Source: Eledone cirrhosa (lineage: Eukaryota). Taken from it: a stretch of 64,000 bases of DNA. The stretch is taken from the NCBI GenBank assembly GCA_964016885.1, contig OZ024761.1, forward strand, positions 21,452,001-21,516,000, written 5' to 3'. Both the position numbers and the translations under genes were made by a program. Positions 39,005 through 52,404 of this stretch are shown here, piece by piece. The stretch's first letter is position 1. The number at the start of each line of letters is the position of its first letter. The notes under the pieces were generated by a model. That model searched no databases. It was given only the letters and a program-made list of their open reading frames with translations, and was not told the DNA's origin.

Positions 39005-39534
39005 CGAGAGGGCTTCAAAAGGTTCGTGGAAAAAGTACATAGCTAAATATCATATGCAGGGATTTTGATCTCAATGCACCTGTATGTTCTCGTACTAACA
39101 TGTCATAAGATGTTCTAATTGGACCCTTAAATACATGTTGCAATGTGGTGCCGCCAGTCAGAAGTCAGCACCTGCTCCAGAAAGATGGCCGCCATCAAAA
39201 CATTAAATTCATGGTGAAGCCAGGGTGGAAGAGCAGCCAAATAATTGACACTCTGGAGCAAGTTTATGGCGACAATGATCCAAAGAAATCAGCAACCTAC
39301 AAATGGATAAGTCGTTTTAGTGGAAGAGAAGAGGTTAAAGATGTAAAAAAAGAAAAGCTACTTTGACATGGTTTAAATCCCATGGCCCTCAGTTTTACAC
39401 AGATCGATTTAAAGGCTGGTATCAACTCTTGCAGAAGTGTATTGACCTTGATGGAGCATATGTTGAAAAATAAACACAATTTAAACAGTTTTTTCCAACT
39501 CTCCTTTTTCTACAAACTCTTTGAAGCCTCCTCG
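39005..39534 (+). mobile_element. Internally deleted mariner (irritans subfamily, Hsmar2-like)
   Basis: TA target duplication; imperfect ~30-bp TIRs CGAGAGGGCTTCAAAAGGTTCGTGGAAAAA / TTTTTCTACAAACTCTTTGAAGCCTCCTCG; transposase N-term NIKFMVKPGWK...VYGDNDPKKSATYKWISRF and C-term GWYQLLQKCIDLDGAYVEK*. Confidence 0.88.
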
Positions 39535-39669
39535 TATATGTGATATTCACACATAAAATTACATATGTATATATTTAAATAAATTAAAATATATTTAGAC
39601 CATTATTATTATTATTATTATTATTATCGTGTGTGCATGTATGTGACATTCACACATTAAATTACATAG

Positions 39670-39711
<42 letters not shown>

Positions 39712-39714
<3 letters not shown>

Positions 39715-39942
39715 GAAGGAGTTGTGGTAAGGAACCAGAGGGACCATAACGCACCAGAGTACTCAATACTTAGGGTAGTAGAGTGGGTAATAGGAAAAAG
39801 TATGACCCCGACGGCAGAGCTCAAGCCGTTTCGACGGCTATTTCTGGACTAAAGTAAGAGACTAAAAAACACTCTTACTTTAGTCCAGAAATAGCCGTCG
39901 AAACGGCTTGAGCTCTGCCGCCGGGGTCATACTTTCTCCTAT
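39712..39942. mobile_element. Palindromic element in (TA)n, second family
   Basis: ~70-bp inverted arms (ATAGGAAAAAGTATGACCCC...GGGGTCATACTTTCTCCTAT) plus one-sided extension. Homologous copies at ~26325-26531 and ~47993-48056. Confidence 0.6.
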
Positions 39943-40542
39943 ATATATATATATATATATAGTGCTATATATATACATGTTCTTTGGTTAAATACACAAC
40001 AAACTTTGGATGAAAATAACTACATATATATATATACAAAATATAGAAATATCAAATAAAAGTTAATACATAATAAATACAGAACCAAATAAAACAATAT
40101 TAGTAGTGTAGTAGTAGTAGTAGTAGTAGTAGTGCGGGTGCATACATAAAAACAGTGTTCCAACCAACCAAAAGTATTTTACCAAGCAAGGTTTGGTTGA
40201 AGGGTAAATAAAAACAATATGATGGGATTAGAGTGTTGGTATTAATCAGGAAAAAAACAAGGCAAGGTACCAATAAGATTTTGACACAAAAACCCACATT
40301 TGAGATATATATGTATGTATATGTGTGTGCCTGTATGTGTATGTGTATATGTGTGTGTGTGTGTGTGTGCCTGTATGTGTATATGTGTGTGTGCCTGTAT
40401 GTGTATATGTGAATGTATATGAGTGTGTGTGTATAAATTTATCCCTAATAATAGAATATCCCACATATTCATGTTACATGCATGTCTTTGTAAGGTATGT
40501 GTGTGTATAAATACATTTTGTATACACACACATATATATACA

Positions 40543-40622
40543 CAGGATGTCCCAAAAAGATGTATACACACATTTATTAGAATGCTGTTGAAGTGTGTAT
40601 ACATTTTTGGGAGAACACCCTG
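40543..40622. mobile_element. 80-bp Tc1/mariner-type miniature element
   Basis: CAGGATGTCCCAAAAAGATGTATACACAC ... GTGTGTATACATTTTTGGGAGAACACCCTG in a TA/CA tract. Confidence 0.6.
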
Positions 40623-40653
<31 letters not shown>

Positions 40654-41139
40654 TTATATGTTTGTTTGTTTATGTCCCATAACATAGCTCTTCGACTTAC
40701 AGAGATCAATAAAGTACTAGGGTTGATAATATCAACTATATCCCTCATGAATGATGTGCCCCAGCATGGCCACAGTGAAATGATTGAAACCAGTAAACAG
40801 ATACACTCACTTCCCTTTATAAATAGATGAAAACAGAGTTTACTCTCTCACTCTCTGTTGAACAGACAGAGGAAAAACGTCAAGTTTCACATATCTTTGT
40901 AAGCTCATTAGGAACACTTTTTCTGATCTTCAGAGAGTGAGAGACATGGGGAACGTAACTACTTAGAAGAAATCTGATGAACAATAATAAGGATTGAAGA
41001 GAGAATATATATAAATATATTGTATGAGATGGAAGGGTGTGACTTGAAAGAGATTTGGCTGTTATTTCAGGCATGTTGACTGACCATGTTGAAGTCGGCT
41101 TATTAAATCTCTAGGTAAACTCACAAGATGCTCTTAAAC

Positions 41140-41950
41140 ATATGTATATATACACTGTACACATGTATATACACTGTATATACATATTTGTGCCATTGTC
41201 ACTAGCAAGGGAGCTGTCTTATAAATACACTGTACACCTATATACACTGTCTTATAAATACCCAGTGTACACTGTACACATATATACACTGTCTTATAAA
41301 TACCCAGTGTACACTGTACACCTATATACACTGTCTTATAAATACCCAGTGTACACTGTACACATATATACACTGTCTTATAAACCCAGTGTATACTGTA
41401 CACATATATACACTGTCTTATAAACCCAGTGTACACTGTACACATATATACACTGTCTTATAAACCCAGTGTACACTGTACACATATATACACTGTATTA
41501 TAAACCCAGTGTACACTGTACACATATATACACTGTCTTATAAACCCAGTGTACACTGTACACATATATACACTGTCTTATAAACCCAGTGTACACTGTA
41601 CACATATATACACTGTCTTATATACACCGTCTTATAAACCCAGTGTATACTGTACACATATATACACTGTCTTATATACACCGTCTTATAAACCCAGTGT
41701 ATACTGTACACATATATACACTGTCTTATATACACCGTCTTATAAATACCCAGTGTACACTGTACACATATATACACTGTCTTATATACACCGTCTTATA
41801 AACCCAGTGTATACTGTACACATATATACACTGTCTTATATACACCGTCTTATAAACCCAGTGTATACTGTACACATATATACACTGTCTTATAAACCCA
41901 GTGTATACTGTACACATATATACACTGTCTTATAAACCCAGTGTATACTT
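41140..41950. repeat. ~40-bp minisatellite
   Basis: TACACTGTCTTATAAACCCAGTGTACACTGTACACATATA with insertion variants. Confidence 0.9.
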
Positions 41951-42344
41951 ATATATTTGTCACTGTCGCTGGGAAGGGAGCTGTCTTGAGACAGAACAAA
42001 AAATATTGAAAAAATAAAAGAAATAATAAAAACTTAAGACAATAATACATAAGGAAAATCAAAATAATATACATAAAACCACTACATATGTATATACATA
42101 AACAAAACCACTGTATGTATGTGTGTGTGAGTAGAATATGTTAGTTGTAAAGATGTGCATGTGCAGTATATGTTAGTGTGCCTGATCCATGCATCCAGGT
42201 GCAAAGCGAACTAAGAGAGCATTTCTAAGCCCAGCAGCTCTGTACTAGTATATCAAGTTCTTATTTTACTGAACACTGAAGTTAATAGCTAAATAGTAAT
42301 ACCTAACCATAGCTAAACTTTTACTTAGATTTGAACTGAATTAG

Positions 42345-42555
42345 AGCTGAACTTTTATTAACATTTGTGCTGAACTTTTACGAACACTTGAGCCGTACTT
42401 TTACGAACATTTGAGCCAAACTTTTACAAACATTTGAACTGAACTTTTACGAACATTTGAGCTGAACTGTTACAAACATTTGAGCCGATCTTTTACGAAC
42501 ATTTTAACTGAATTTTTATGAACATTTGAACCGATCTTTTACTAGCATTTGAGTC
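42345..42555. repeat. Degenerate 23-bp tandem repeat
   Basis: CTTTTACGAACATTTGAGCTGAA-like unit, ~9 copies. Confidence 0.8.
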
Positions 42556-44232
42556 ACCATGCCAAAGAAGATCAGAGAAATCTCATTTATTTCAGAAACT
42601 CATTTCCAATGTAATGACATTCTAATATTCTAATAAAAAAAATTATTTTAGTACATTTTCAAAGCAAGAAACAAACAGAACTAAGACTTGAAGAGAGAAG
42701 AAAACTATTGCATATGATGATCAACAGAAGGTGATGGGTGATGCAATGGATAGAATGGTTTGAGGTTGTATGATGTCAGGGCATCACTGGAAGAGAGAAG
42801 AGTAAAGTAGTATTAAGTCAATGTCCTGTACCACATGAAACCACATTTGCAAGACATTCTTGAAAAGTACAAAACAACACTATGACTGCATCACATTAAC
42901 TCTTAACATCCTGTACCACATGAAACCACATTAACATACCGACAAGTAATTCAATTATTTAACCTGTAAATGGGGGCCTAACAGGTACCACTGCTCAGGG
43001 CCAGAGCAGACCTGGGAGTGATAACAACTAAGGGGTACCTCCAAATTCCCCATAGCTCCTGAACAGATTAGACTAAGTCAATATTACAATCAAACTCCTA
43101 TTTATCTACCCCATTCATCATCACTGTTTTACGTCCATTCTTCGACGCTAGCATGGGTTAGACAGGTTGTCCTGTTGTGGGCGATGTTAGGTCAGGTGAC
43201 CATGTCTTGCTCATACGGAAACTGATTCTGGATGCCCTTCCTAACACCAACCTCATTTACAGTGGGTGCTGGGTGCTATTTTTGTCGTGACACCACCACG
43301 ACCACTTTGCTGTGGGAGGGGGTGGGGGCATATTGTCTATATGCTTCGTCATGTTCCCGTGGGCAGTCAGGTCTTCTGTATTACTGTGTGACGCCATTAT
43401 TAGACTATACTAAGTCAATGTTACAGTGAACCTTCCATTTCTATTAGAAATAACAGAACAAAAGATAAATGACTGACGACATAACATTTTATAGAATATA
43501 TAATAACTGTTTCTGTTATAGGCCAGCAACTTTGGGGGAGGGGGAAGTCAATTAAATCGACCCCAGTACGTTACTGGTACTTTATTTTATCAACCTCGTA
43601 AGGATGAAAGGCAAAGCTAGCCTCGGAGGGATTTGATCTCAGAAAGTAAAGGGCCATAACTCTATGCAGCAAAGCATGTTGTCCGATGCTCTACTGATTA
43701 CTGCTGCCAATTCGCTGCCCTTTATTGAATAAATAATTGTTTCTACTTTTGGCACAAGGCCAGCAATAACCCAGTACATTACTGGTACTTTATTTTATCA
43801 ACCCCCGTAAGACTGAAAGGCAAAGTTGACCTTTATTGAATAAATAATAAATGAAATTAAGAGTCGGAAATATTGGGTAGCAAAAGATGTGAAAAACATA
43901 ACAAAACCACACAAAAACACGGAAAATATATGGAAAGAGGAGGAGGAGAAAGACTAAGGCAACATTCTCGGGAGACAAGAGAAGTTATATATCAAAGAGA
44001 GAGGGGAGAGATAGAAGGGAGAGTAGGAGAGGGAATAGAGAGAGAGGGAGGGAGGAATAGAGAGAGAGAGGGAGGGAGGAATAGAGAGAGAGGGAGGAAT
44101 AGAGAGAGAGGAAGGGAGGAATAGAGAGAGAGAGAGGGGGAGAATGCAATGAGAGTCTGTAAACTACAATACTCCTAAAAAGAGGAAACAAAAGCAAAAA
44201 CCTTTTAATTTTGAACAAGATGCATTTAAACT

Positions 44233-44264
<32 letters not shown>

Positions 44265-44496
44265 GTTTATATATGTATGTGTGTGTATATATATATATAT
44301 AAATGATATTAATAAATGGAAACTATATATATAAAACCATATTTATTCTATTATATATATTTCAAGGGTCGCTCTCATCAGATAAAATACAAAGTTTGTT
44401 TTATAAATATTGACATATCCAGGAAGGAGAACTTAACAGTTCAAGTTTTCCCTTTTGCTTATATATATATATAATGTATAATAAACAATACAATAT

Positions 44497-44574
44497 AATT
44501 ACCTCATTACCAGAGGTTTCCCGAATAAGACGAATACAAGAAACGTCCCCATTCGTTCGTCAGACAAGGCAATT
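44497..44574 (-). ncRNA. Type I hammerhead ribozyme candidate (left arm, inverted copy)
   Basis: Reverse complement reads GCCTTGT-CTGACGA-ACGAATGGGGAC...GTCTTATTCGG-GAAACCTCTGGTA-ATGAGG. Confidence 0.65.
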
Positions 44575-44660
44575 TAAAACATAGTGAAATATTTGAAAAA
44601 TCTCCTCAAGAAACTTTTGCCTTTCTTGAGGAGATTTTTCAAATATTTCACTATGTTTTA

Positions 44661-44738
44661 AATTGCCTTGTCTGACGAACGAATGAGGACATTTCTTGTA
44701 TTCGTCTTATTCGGGAAACCTCCGGTAATGAGGTAATT
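44661..44738 (+). ncRNA. Type I hammerhead ribozyme candidate (right arm of palindrome)
   Basis: Stem I AATTGCCTTGT/ATGAGGTAATT (11 bp with G-U pairs), core CTGACGA 44672-44678, ~10-bp stem II, GAAA 44715-44718, stem III ACC-TCC-GGT, GUA cleavage triplet 44725-44727. Base of stem II is a non-canonical A/G. Confidence 0.7.
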
Positions 44739-44837
44739 ATATTGTATTGTTTATTATACATTAAATTTAGCTCTGTAACTTACATAGAGCACTCTTCACT
44801 CCTGTGACTTTTTCAATTCTCAACGAAAACTTCAATA

Positions 44838-44920
<83 letters not shown>

Positions 44921-45145
44921 ATCATCATTTCATTTCATTTCATTCTACGTCCGCTTTTCCCTGCTTGCAAGGGTGGAATGGGAACTGATTCTGGCTTGAT
45001 TTCTACAGCTGAGTAAACTGGAGCAATGTGAAATAAAGTGTCTTGCTCAAGGAAACAACACATCACCCAGTCTGAGAATTGAACCCACAACCTTTCGATT
45101 GCAAGGCCAATGCTCTAACCACTAAGCCATGTGACTCCATGTGTG

Positions 45146-45306
<161 letters not shown>

Positions 45307-45959
45307 TATAATATATATATAATATATATATAATATATATATATATAATATATATATAATATATATATATATATACACAGAACATATAGAGCTATGTTAA
45401 CTTTTGATTTGTAAGAAATTTAAAGATTTAAAGAAGATAAAAACAACATCACATGGATGTCGGAGATAGAAGTACAGTGTAATGATGTTTTCAACTAGGA
45501 ATCAAAACTTAACCAACAACCCACAGTTTGCTGGCAATTACCCTACAAACCTATCAGGAATTTCTTAACCCTTTAGCATTTACATTACATTTACATTTAC
45601 ATTACATTTACAACCCTTTAGCATTTACATTACAATAGTATATATAGATATACTATTGTATTTTCACAGTAAAGGCTTTACCTCACATAATATCTCGCAT
45701 AACATTTACATTACTCTATATATACTATTGTATTTTCACAGTAAAGGCTTTACCTCAAATAATATCTCACATAACATTTACATTACTCTATATATACTAT
45801 TGTATTTTCACAGTAAAGGCTTTACCTCACATAATATCTCACATAACATTTACATTACTCTATATATACTATTGTATTTTCACAGTAAAGGCTTTGTCAT
45901 GACATAAAAAAACACAGTCTACGCTGTAATGTGGCCATGTAGGTAACACGGTAGAAAGT

Positions 45960-46142
45960 TCGCAGTTCACACTGTAAATGTGGTTGGTGTTAGGAAGGGC
46001 ATCCAACCGTAGAAAACCTGCCAGACAGTCCCATATGAGCGAGACACGGTCACCCAACCAACGTTGCCTCAAATTGGGACAACGCCCGTCTAACCCATGC
46101 TAGCATAGAAGATGGACATTAAACGATGATGATGATGATGAT
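45960..46142 (+). mobile_element. SINE family C 3' part with RTE-like tail
   Basis: CACTGTAAA.GTGGTTGG.GTTAGGAAGGGCATCC...ACCCATGCTAGCAT.GAAGA.GGAC.TTAAACGATGATG. Copies at ~20140-20320, 27760-27910, 43115-43300. Confidence 0.65.
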
Positions 46143-47073
46143 CTCACATAACATTTACATGACTCTATATTTACTATTGTATTTTCATGGTAAAAGCTTT
46201 ACTTTACATAATATCTCATATAATATAAAATCTATGAGATTTTAATATTATTTATTTAGATAATACTTTAACATCAGTATAAGCAGCTGGTTAATTTAAC
46301 ATAGAATTATCTCACATAATATTGAATCTAAGAAATTTTGATATTATCTATGTTGAGAACAATATCTTAACATCAGTATGAGTGGCCAGTTACAGCCGGT
46401 ATAAATGCTAAAGGGTTAAGTTATTTTTCTTATTCTTATTAAAAACGAATGTTGTCTTTGTAAATAAAAGGAAAAGATTTCATTTTAACTCCCTAACTTC
46501 TCCACTGTGTATGTATGTGTAAATGTGTGTGTGCACACAGAATATATACTCAAAAGTCTAACAAACCAAAACAAATTAATAAATAAATAAGACTATCTCC
46601 ACAAAATTTGTCAGTTACCATGCAGACTATGTCGAAAATAAACTCCCTTTCATGTAGAACTCTCCAGGAAATAAGTATACAAATTGCTAATAATTTAATT
46701 TAACGATAAAGTTTGTGATTTGCGATTTTTGATTTTTTTTTTTTAGTTATAGTTATGACCGGTCAAAAATGTGGTGGTCAGTGTAAGCTATCTTTCACTG
46801 ACATTGAGGTGACCACTGGGTAGTTCTACAATAAGGCCCCAAAAAAAACAAAAAAAAAAACAAAGTTTTTTTTTGTAACAAAAAGAAAAAAAGTATAAAT
46901 AAATAAATAATTAAAACCCAAAAGCAGTCAAATTATTAAATTAAATAAAATTTAAAAAAACCGTTAAAAAAAATGAAAAAATTATTTTTAAAAAAAAATA
47001 TAACAAAATTATGAAATCAAAACAGGCCAGAAGAAAAACAAACAGAAACCCCAAAAATGTCAAAAAGTACTTC

Positions 47074-47400
47074 TTAAATGTTAGCATCATCTTCAGAGAC
47101 GTTGGCCTCCACTTGAGCTATTCGCTCCTCTAATGATTTGATCCGCCGTTCATGGGCCTTGATGATCAGTTTCAATTTTCGAATATCATCCAAAACAGCC
47201 TGTGGGTCAAAAGCCTGTGTGGACAGAGAAAGAACATGCAGACGACAAAAGGGTTAAAGTTTCTGGGGGTAAATAAATAGATCAGCAGTGATTGTGAAGG
47301 TGAAAGGGAGGGGGGCAAGAAAAGGGGAGGGTTTCATTGCAAGGACAGGGTGGTTATAATAGGGAGGAAAAGAACAGGGAGAAGGGGGCTATAAAATATA

Positions 47401-47457
<57 letters not shown>

Positions 47458-47582
47458 TTATCCTGGGTTCAATCGGGGGTAACCACCACAGTAAGGTACT
47501 CAATACAAAGCAGAGTATAAATATTTAATATTGAAAAGGCTTCTACAGGACTAGAACTGTTCCATTTGGGAGAAATCATCAT

Positions 47583-47627
<45 letters not shown>

Positions 47628-47780
47628 ATAATAATAAATGTGAAGACTAAAATCCGAAGAGGGCTCGATAGGGATAAATATATATAAATATATAAATCCA
47701 TAGAGCAAATTAGAGTTTAAGCAAAGAATCGCTGCTTTCACCTTTATAAATATATATATATACAGAGAGAGAGAGAGAGA

Positions 47781-47811
<31 letters not shown>

Positions 47812-48052
47812 TGGAAAGTGTGTGAAATCATTGGTACAGTTAGGTATATTTGAAAAAAGGAAAAGATTGACTTCACTTGTAGTTCTAAACAATTTGATTT
47901 AATTTTATAATATTATAATATAAAATTAAATCAAATTGTTTAGAACTACAAGTGAAGTCAATCTTTTTTTCAAATATATATATATATATTATAGCGTTCG
48001 GATCTAGTTGTTGAAACGGCTGGAACTCAGCCATCAGGGTCCTGACTCTTTT

Positions 48053-48101
<49 letters not shown>

Positions 48102-51100
48102 TCATTTTACATCCATTCTTCCTCACTAGCATGAATTAGACGGGTTGTCGTGTTGTGGGTGATGTTAGGCCAGGTGACTTTGTCTTTATATATATATATA
48201 TATATATATGTATCTGGTGTTAGGAAGGGCATCCAACCAGTGTATCAATGCCAAAACGCTTATCAGCACAGCAACAAATAGGTATGTAGATATATGAACA
48301 AATTGAAATCGGACAATGTCCGTTCCAGTTTGACAGCTGATAAACAAAGATGATGTAATATTGATTCTGTAACTCTTTGTCTTCATTCTTTAGTGCAGAA
48401 ATTTTGATATATTTACAGTGATGGCCACATAATATATTTACAGTGACGGCCACATAATATATTTACAGTGATGGCCACATAATATATTTACAGTGATGGC
48501 CACATAATATATTTACAGTGATGGCCACATAATATATTTACAGTGACGGCCACATAATATATTTACAGTGATGGCCACATAATATATTTACAGTGATGGC
48601 CACATAATATATTTACAGTGATGGCCACATAATATATTTACAGTGACGGCCACATAATATATTTACAGTGATGGCCACATAATATATTTACAGTGACGGC
48701 CACATAATATATTTACAGTGACGGCCACATAATATATTTACAGTGATGGCCACATAATATATTTACAGTGATGGCCACATAATATATTTACAGTGATGGC
48801 CACATAATATATTTACAGTGATGGCCACATAATATATTTACAGTGATGGCCACATAATATATTTACAGTGACGGCCACATAATATATTTACAGTGATGGC
48901 CACATAATATATTTACAGTGATGGCCACATAATATATTTACAGTGATGGCCACATAATATATTTACAGTGATGGCCACATAATATATTTACAGTGATGGC
49001 CACATAATATATTTATAGTGATGGCCACATAATATATTTACAGTGACGGCCACATTTTGTTACAATCAACATGTTATTTCTGTTGTGTGTTTATTTTCCC
49101 TAAATCAAATATTTAAAGTTTGGGCTTACTAAAGTGAGAAAGAACGACTGTCTGTGTATTTAACCCTCCTCCATGATAACCACGTTACAGTAATATAAAA
49201 AGAATATTGTGATCAAGTAACAAACACAATATTATGAGGGAGTTGCATAATGTTATGAAGGAGTTAATAATATTATGAGGGGGTTACATAGAATATTGTG
49301 AAGGAGCTAGTAATATTATGAGGCAGTTACATAATATTGTAAGGGAGTTGCATAATATTACGAGGGGGTTGCATGGCATATTATGAAGGAGTTACATACT
49401 ATTATGAGGCAGTTACATATTATGCGGGAATTACGTAATATTACGAGGGGGTTGCATAAAGTATTATGAGGGAGTTACATAATATTGTGAGGGGGTTGCA
49501 TAGAGTATTGTGAGGGGGTTGCATAATATTATGAGGGGGTTGCATAGAGTATTATGAGGGGGTTGCATAATATTATGAGGGGGTTGCATAGAGTATTATG
49601 AGGGAGTTACATAATATTATGAGAGAGTTTCATAATATATTATGAAGGAGCTAGTAATATTATGAGGGAGTTACACAATATTATGAAAGAGTTACATAGA
49701 ATATTGTGACGGAGAAAGAAATATATTATTAGGAAGGAGTTCGGAATAGAATAAAATTATAAGAGAATGATAAATGATAGCCAGCGATACCTGTAACCTG
49801 TATTATTTTTAAAAAGTTACGAGTGTTTCGAAAAACACGACTTTTTTCTGTTTTTATGCTGAGAGAAAGAAAGGAGTAAGAACTGATGGCCTTTAAACTT
49901 AAGAAAATGAAACAAAACTCCAACTGACAGTATCAACATTGCTGGACATCAACGGTCTCTTAGTAGAGGTACGTATACTTACAGGTGGTAAACTCTGGAG
50001 AGCTGCAGGCACGTTATTGCTAGAGGGAGTGTTTGCTAAGTTGCCCGACAGTCGTTGATTAAGGGGCTCTTTAGTAGCAGCTACAGGGGCAGAAGGGGCT
50101 TTCACTTCATTTGGCTGTGGAGTAGGCTTGCTGACGACGGGAGCTGGTGAATGTACAACTGGCTCTGGTTTAGGGACATGAACTGGAGCAGGAGCTGGGG
50201 TCGGTGATCCCCGTGAAGGGGTCTGAGCAGGGGGGGAGTCATTGCCGCCACCAGGTTTCATCATTTTATCCAAAATGTTGGATCGTCTGACTGTCTTCAG
50301 CGGTTCCTTCATGGTGGATTTAAAACCATCTTTCAGTGAAACCTGAAAACAAATTCAGTAAACTGTAGCCATTAACATATTCATAGAATACACACAGACA
50401 TACACAGACATACACAGACATACACATACATACACAGACTATAACACATACATACACAGACTATAACACAGACATACACAGACTATAACACAGACATACA
50501 CAGACATACACATACATACACATACATACACAGACATACACATACATACACATACATACACAGACATACACAGACATACACAGACTATAACAGACATACA
50601 GACATACATACAGACATACATACAGACTATAACACATACATACACAGACATACACATACATACACAGACATACACATACATACATACACAGACTATAACA
50701 CATACATACAGACATACACATACATACACAGACTATAACACAGACATACACATACATACACATACATACACATACATACACATACATACACAGACTATAA
50801 CACATACATACACAGACTATAACACAGACATACACAGACTATAACACAGACATACACAGACATACACATACATACACATACATACACAGACATACACATA
50901 CATACACATACATACACATACATACACAGACATACACAGACTATAACAGACATACAGACATACATACACATACAGACTATAACACATACATACACAGACA
51001 TACACATACATACACAGACTATAACACATACATACAGACATACACATACATACAGACTATAACACAGACATACACATACATACACAGACTATAACACAGA

Positions 51101-52373
51101 CATACACATACATACACAGACAATAACACACACACACATACATACACAGACATACACATACATACACAGACTATAACACACACACACATACATACACAGA
51201 CATACACATACATACACAGACATACACATACATACACAGACTATAACACATACATACAGACATACACATACATACACAGACTATAACACAGACATACACA
51301 GACATACACATACATACACAGACAATAACACACACACACAGTACCATCACCATTGTCGTCATATATATATCACATACATATATATATATCACATACACAT
51401 ATATATATCACATACATATATATATATCACATATATATATATCACATACATATATATATATATATCACATATATATATATCACATATATATATATCACAT
51501 ACACATATATATATATCACATACATATATATATATCACATATATATATATCACATACACATATATATATATCACATACATATATATATATCACATACATA
51601 TATATATATATCACATACATATATATATATGCAAGTATACCTTTATACACTCACACATACACTATCATCATCATCATCATCGTCATCATCATCATGCAAG
51701 TATACTTTTATACACACAGACACACATACTGACACACACACACTATCATCATCATATATATATATATATATATGCAAGTGTACCTTCACACACACAATCA
51801 TCATCATCCTCATATATGTCTTTACACACAAAGAAACACACTGACGTACTATCATCATCATCACCATCCTCATATATATACACACATGTAACTTTATACA
51901 CCCACAGGTGTTACGTAGGTGTCATAACAAAAATCACCCAGGCCACTCCATAAAGTGGTCGTATGGGTGTTATGACCAAAAACACCCAGGCCACACTGTA
52001 AAGTGGTCGTATAGTGTCACCACCAAAAACACCCAGCCCACACTGTAAAGTGGTCGTATAGTGTCACCACCAAAAACACCCAGGCCACACTGTAAATGTG
52101 GTTGGTGTTAGGAAAAGTATTGACAACACACCCCCTCCTCTAATACCACAGAACTTAAGTGTCTTACCAATACTGGGTCAGCATCTTTACCATTAAACCA
52201 GTCAGCTGCAGATATAGCTGGGGATTCATCGGCTGTGTCAGGGTATAAATCATCTTGGTAAAGTTCAGACTGAAAAGATGAGGAAAATATATCAGTGTTT
52301 TTTTTAACGTTTGCATATATATGTATATATACATTTATGTATGTATATATATATATATATACATGTATGTATG

Positions 52374-52404
<31 letters not shown>

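Larger units (their letters stand above)
44472..44840. mobile_element. Palindromic Penelope-like terminal element in (TA)n
   Basis: ~142-bp inverted arms 44472-44613 / 44622-44763, 8-nt loop, one-sided ~75-nt tail (CATAGAGCACTC), flanked by (TA)n. Relatives at 36472-36607 and 58849-59122. Confidence 0.65.

Noticed and set aside
40880-41074. Possible third coronin terminal exon
   Set aside because: An acceptor-like site exists, but phase-0 reading stops after 4 codons and there is no coiled-coil similarity.
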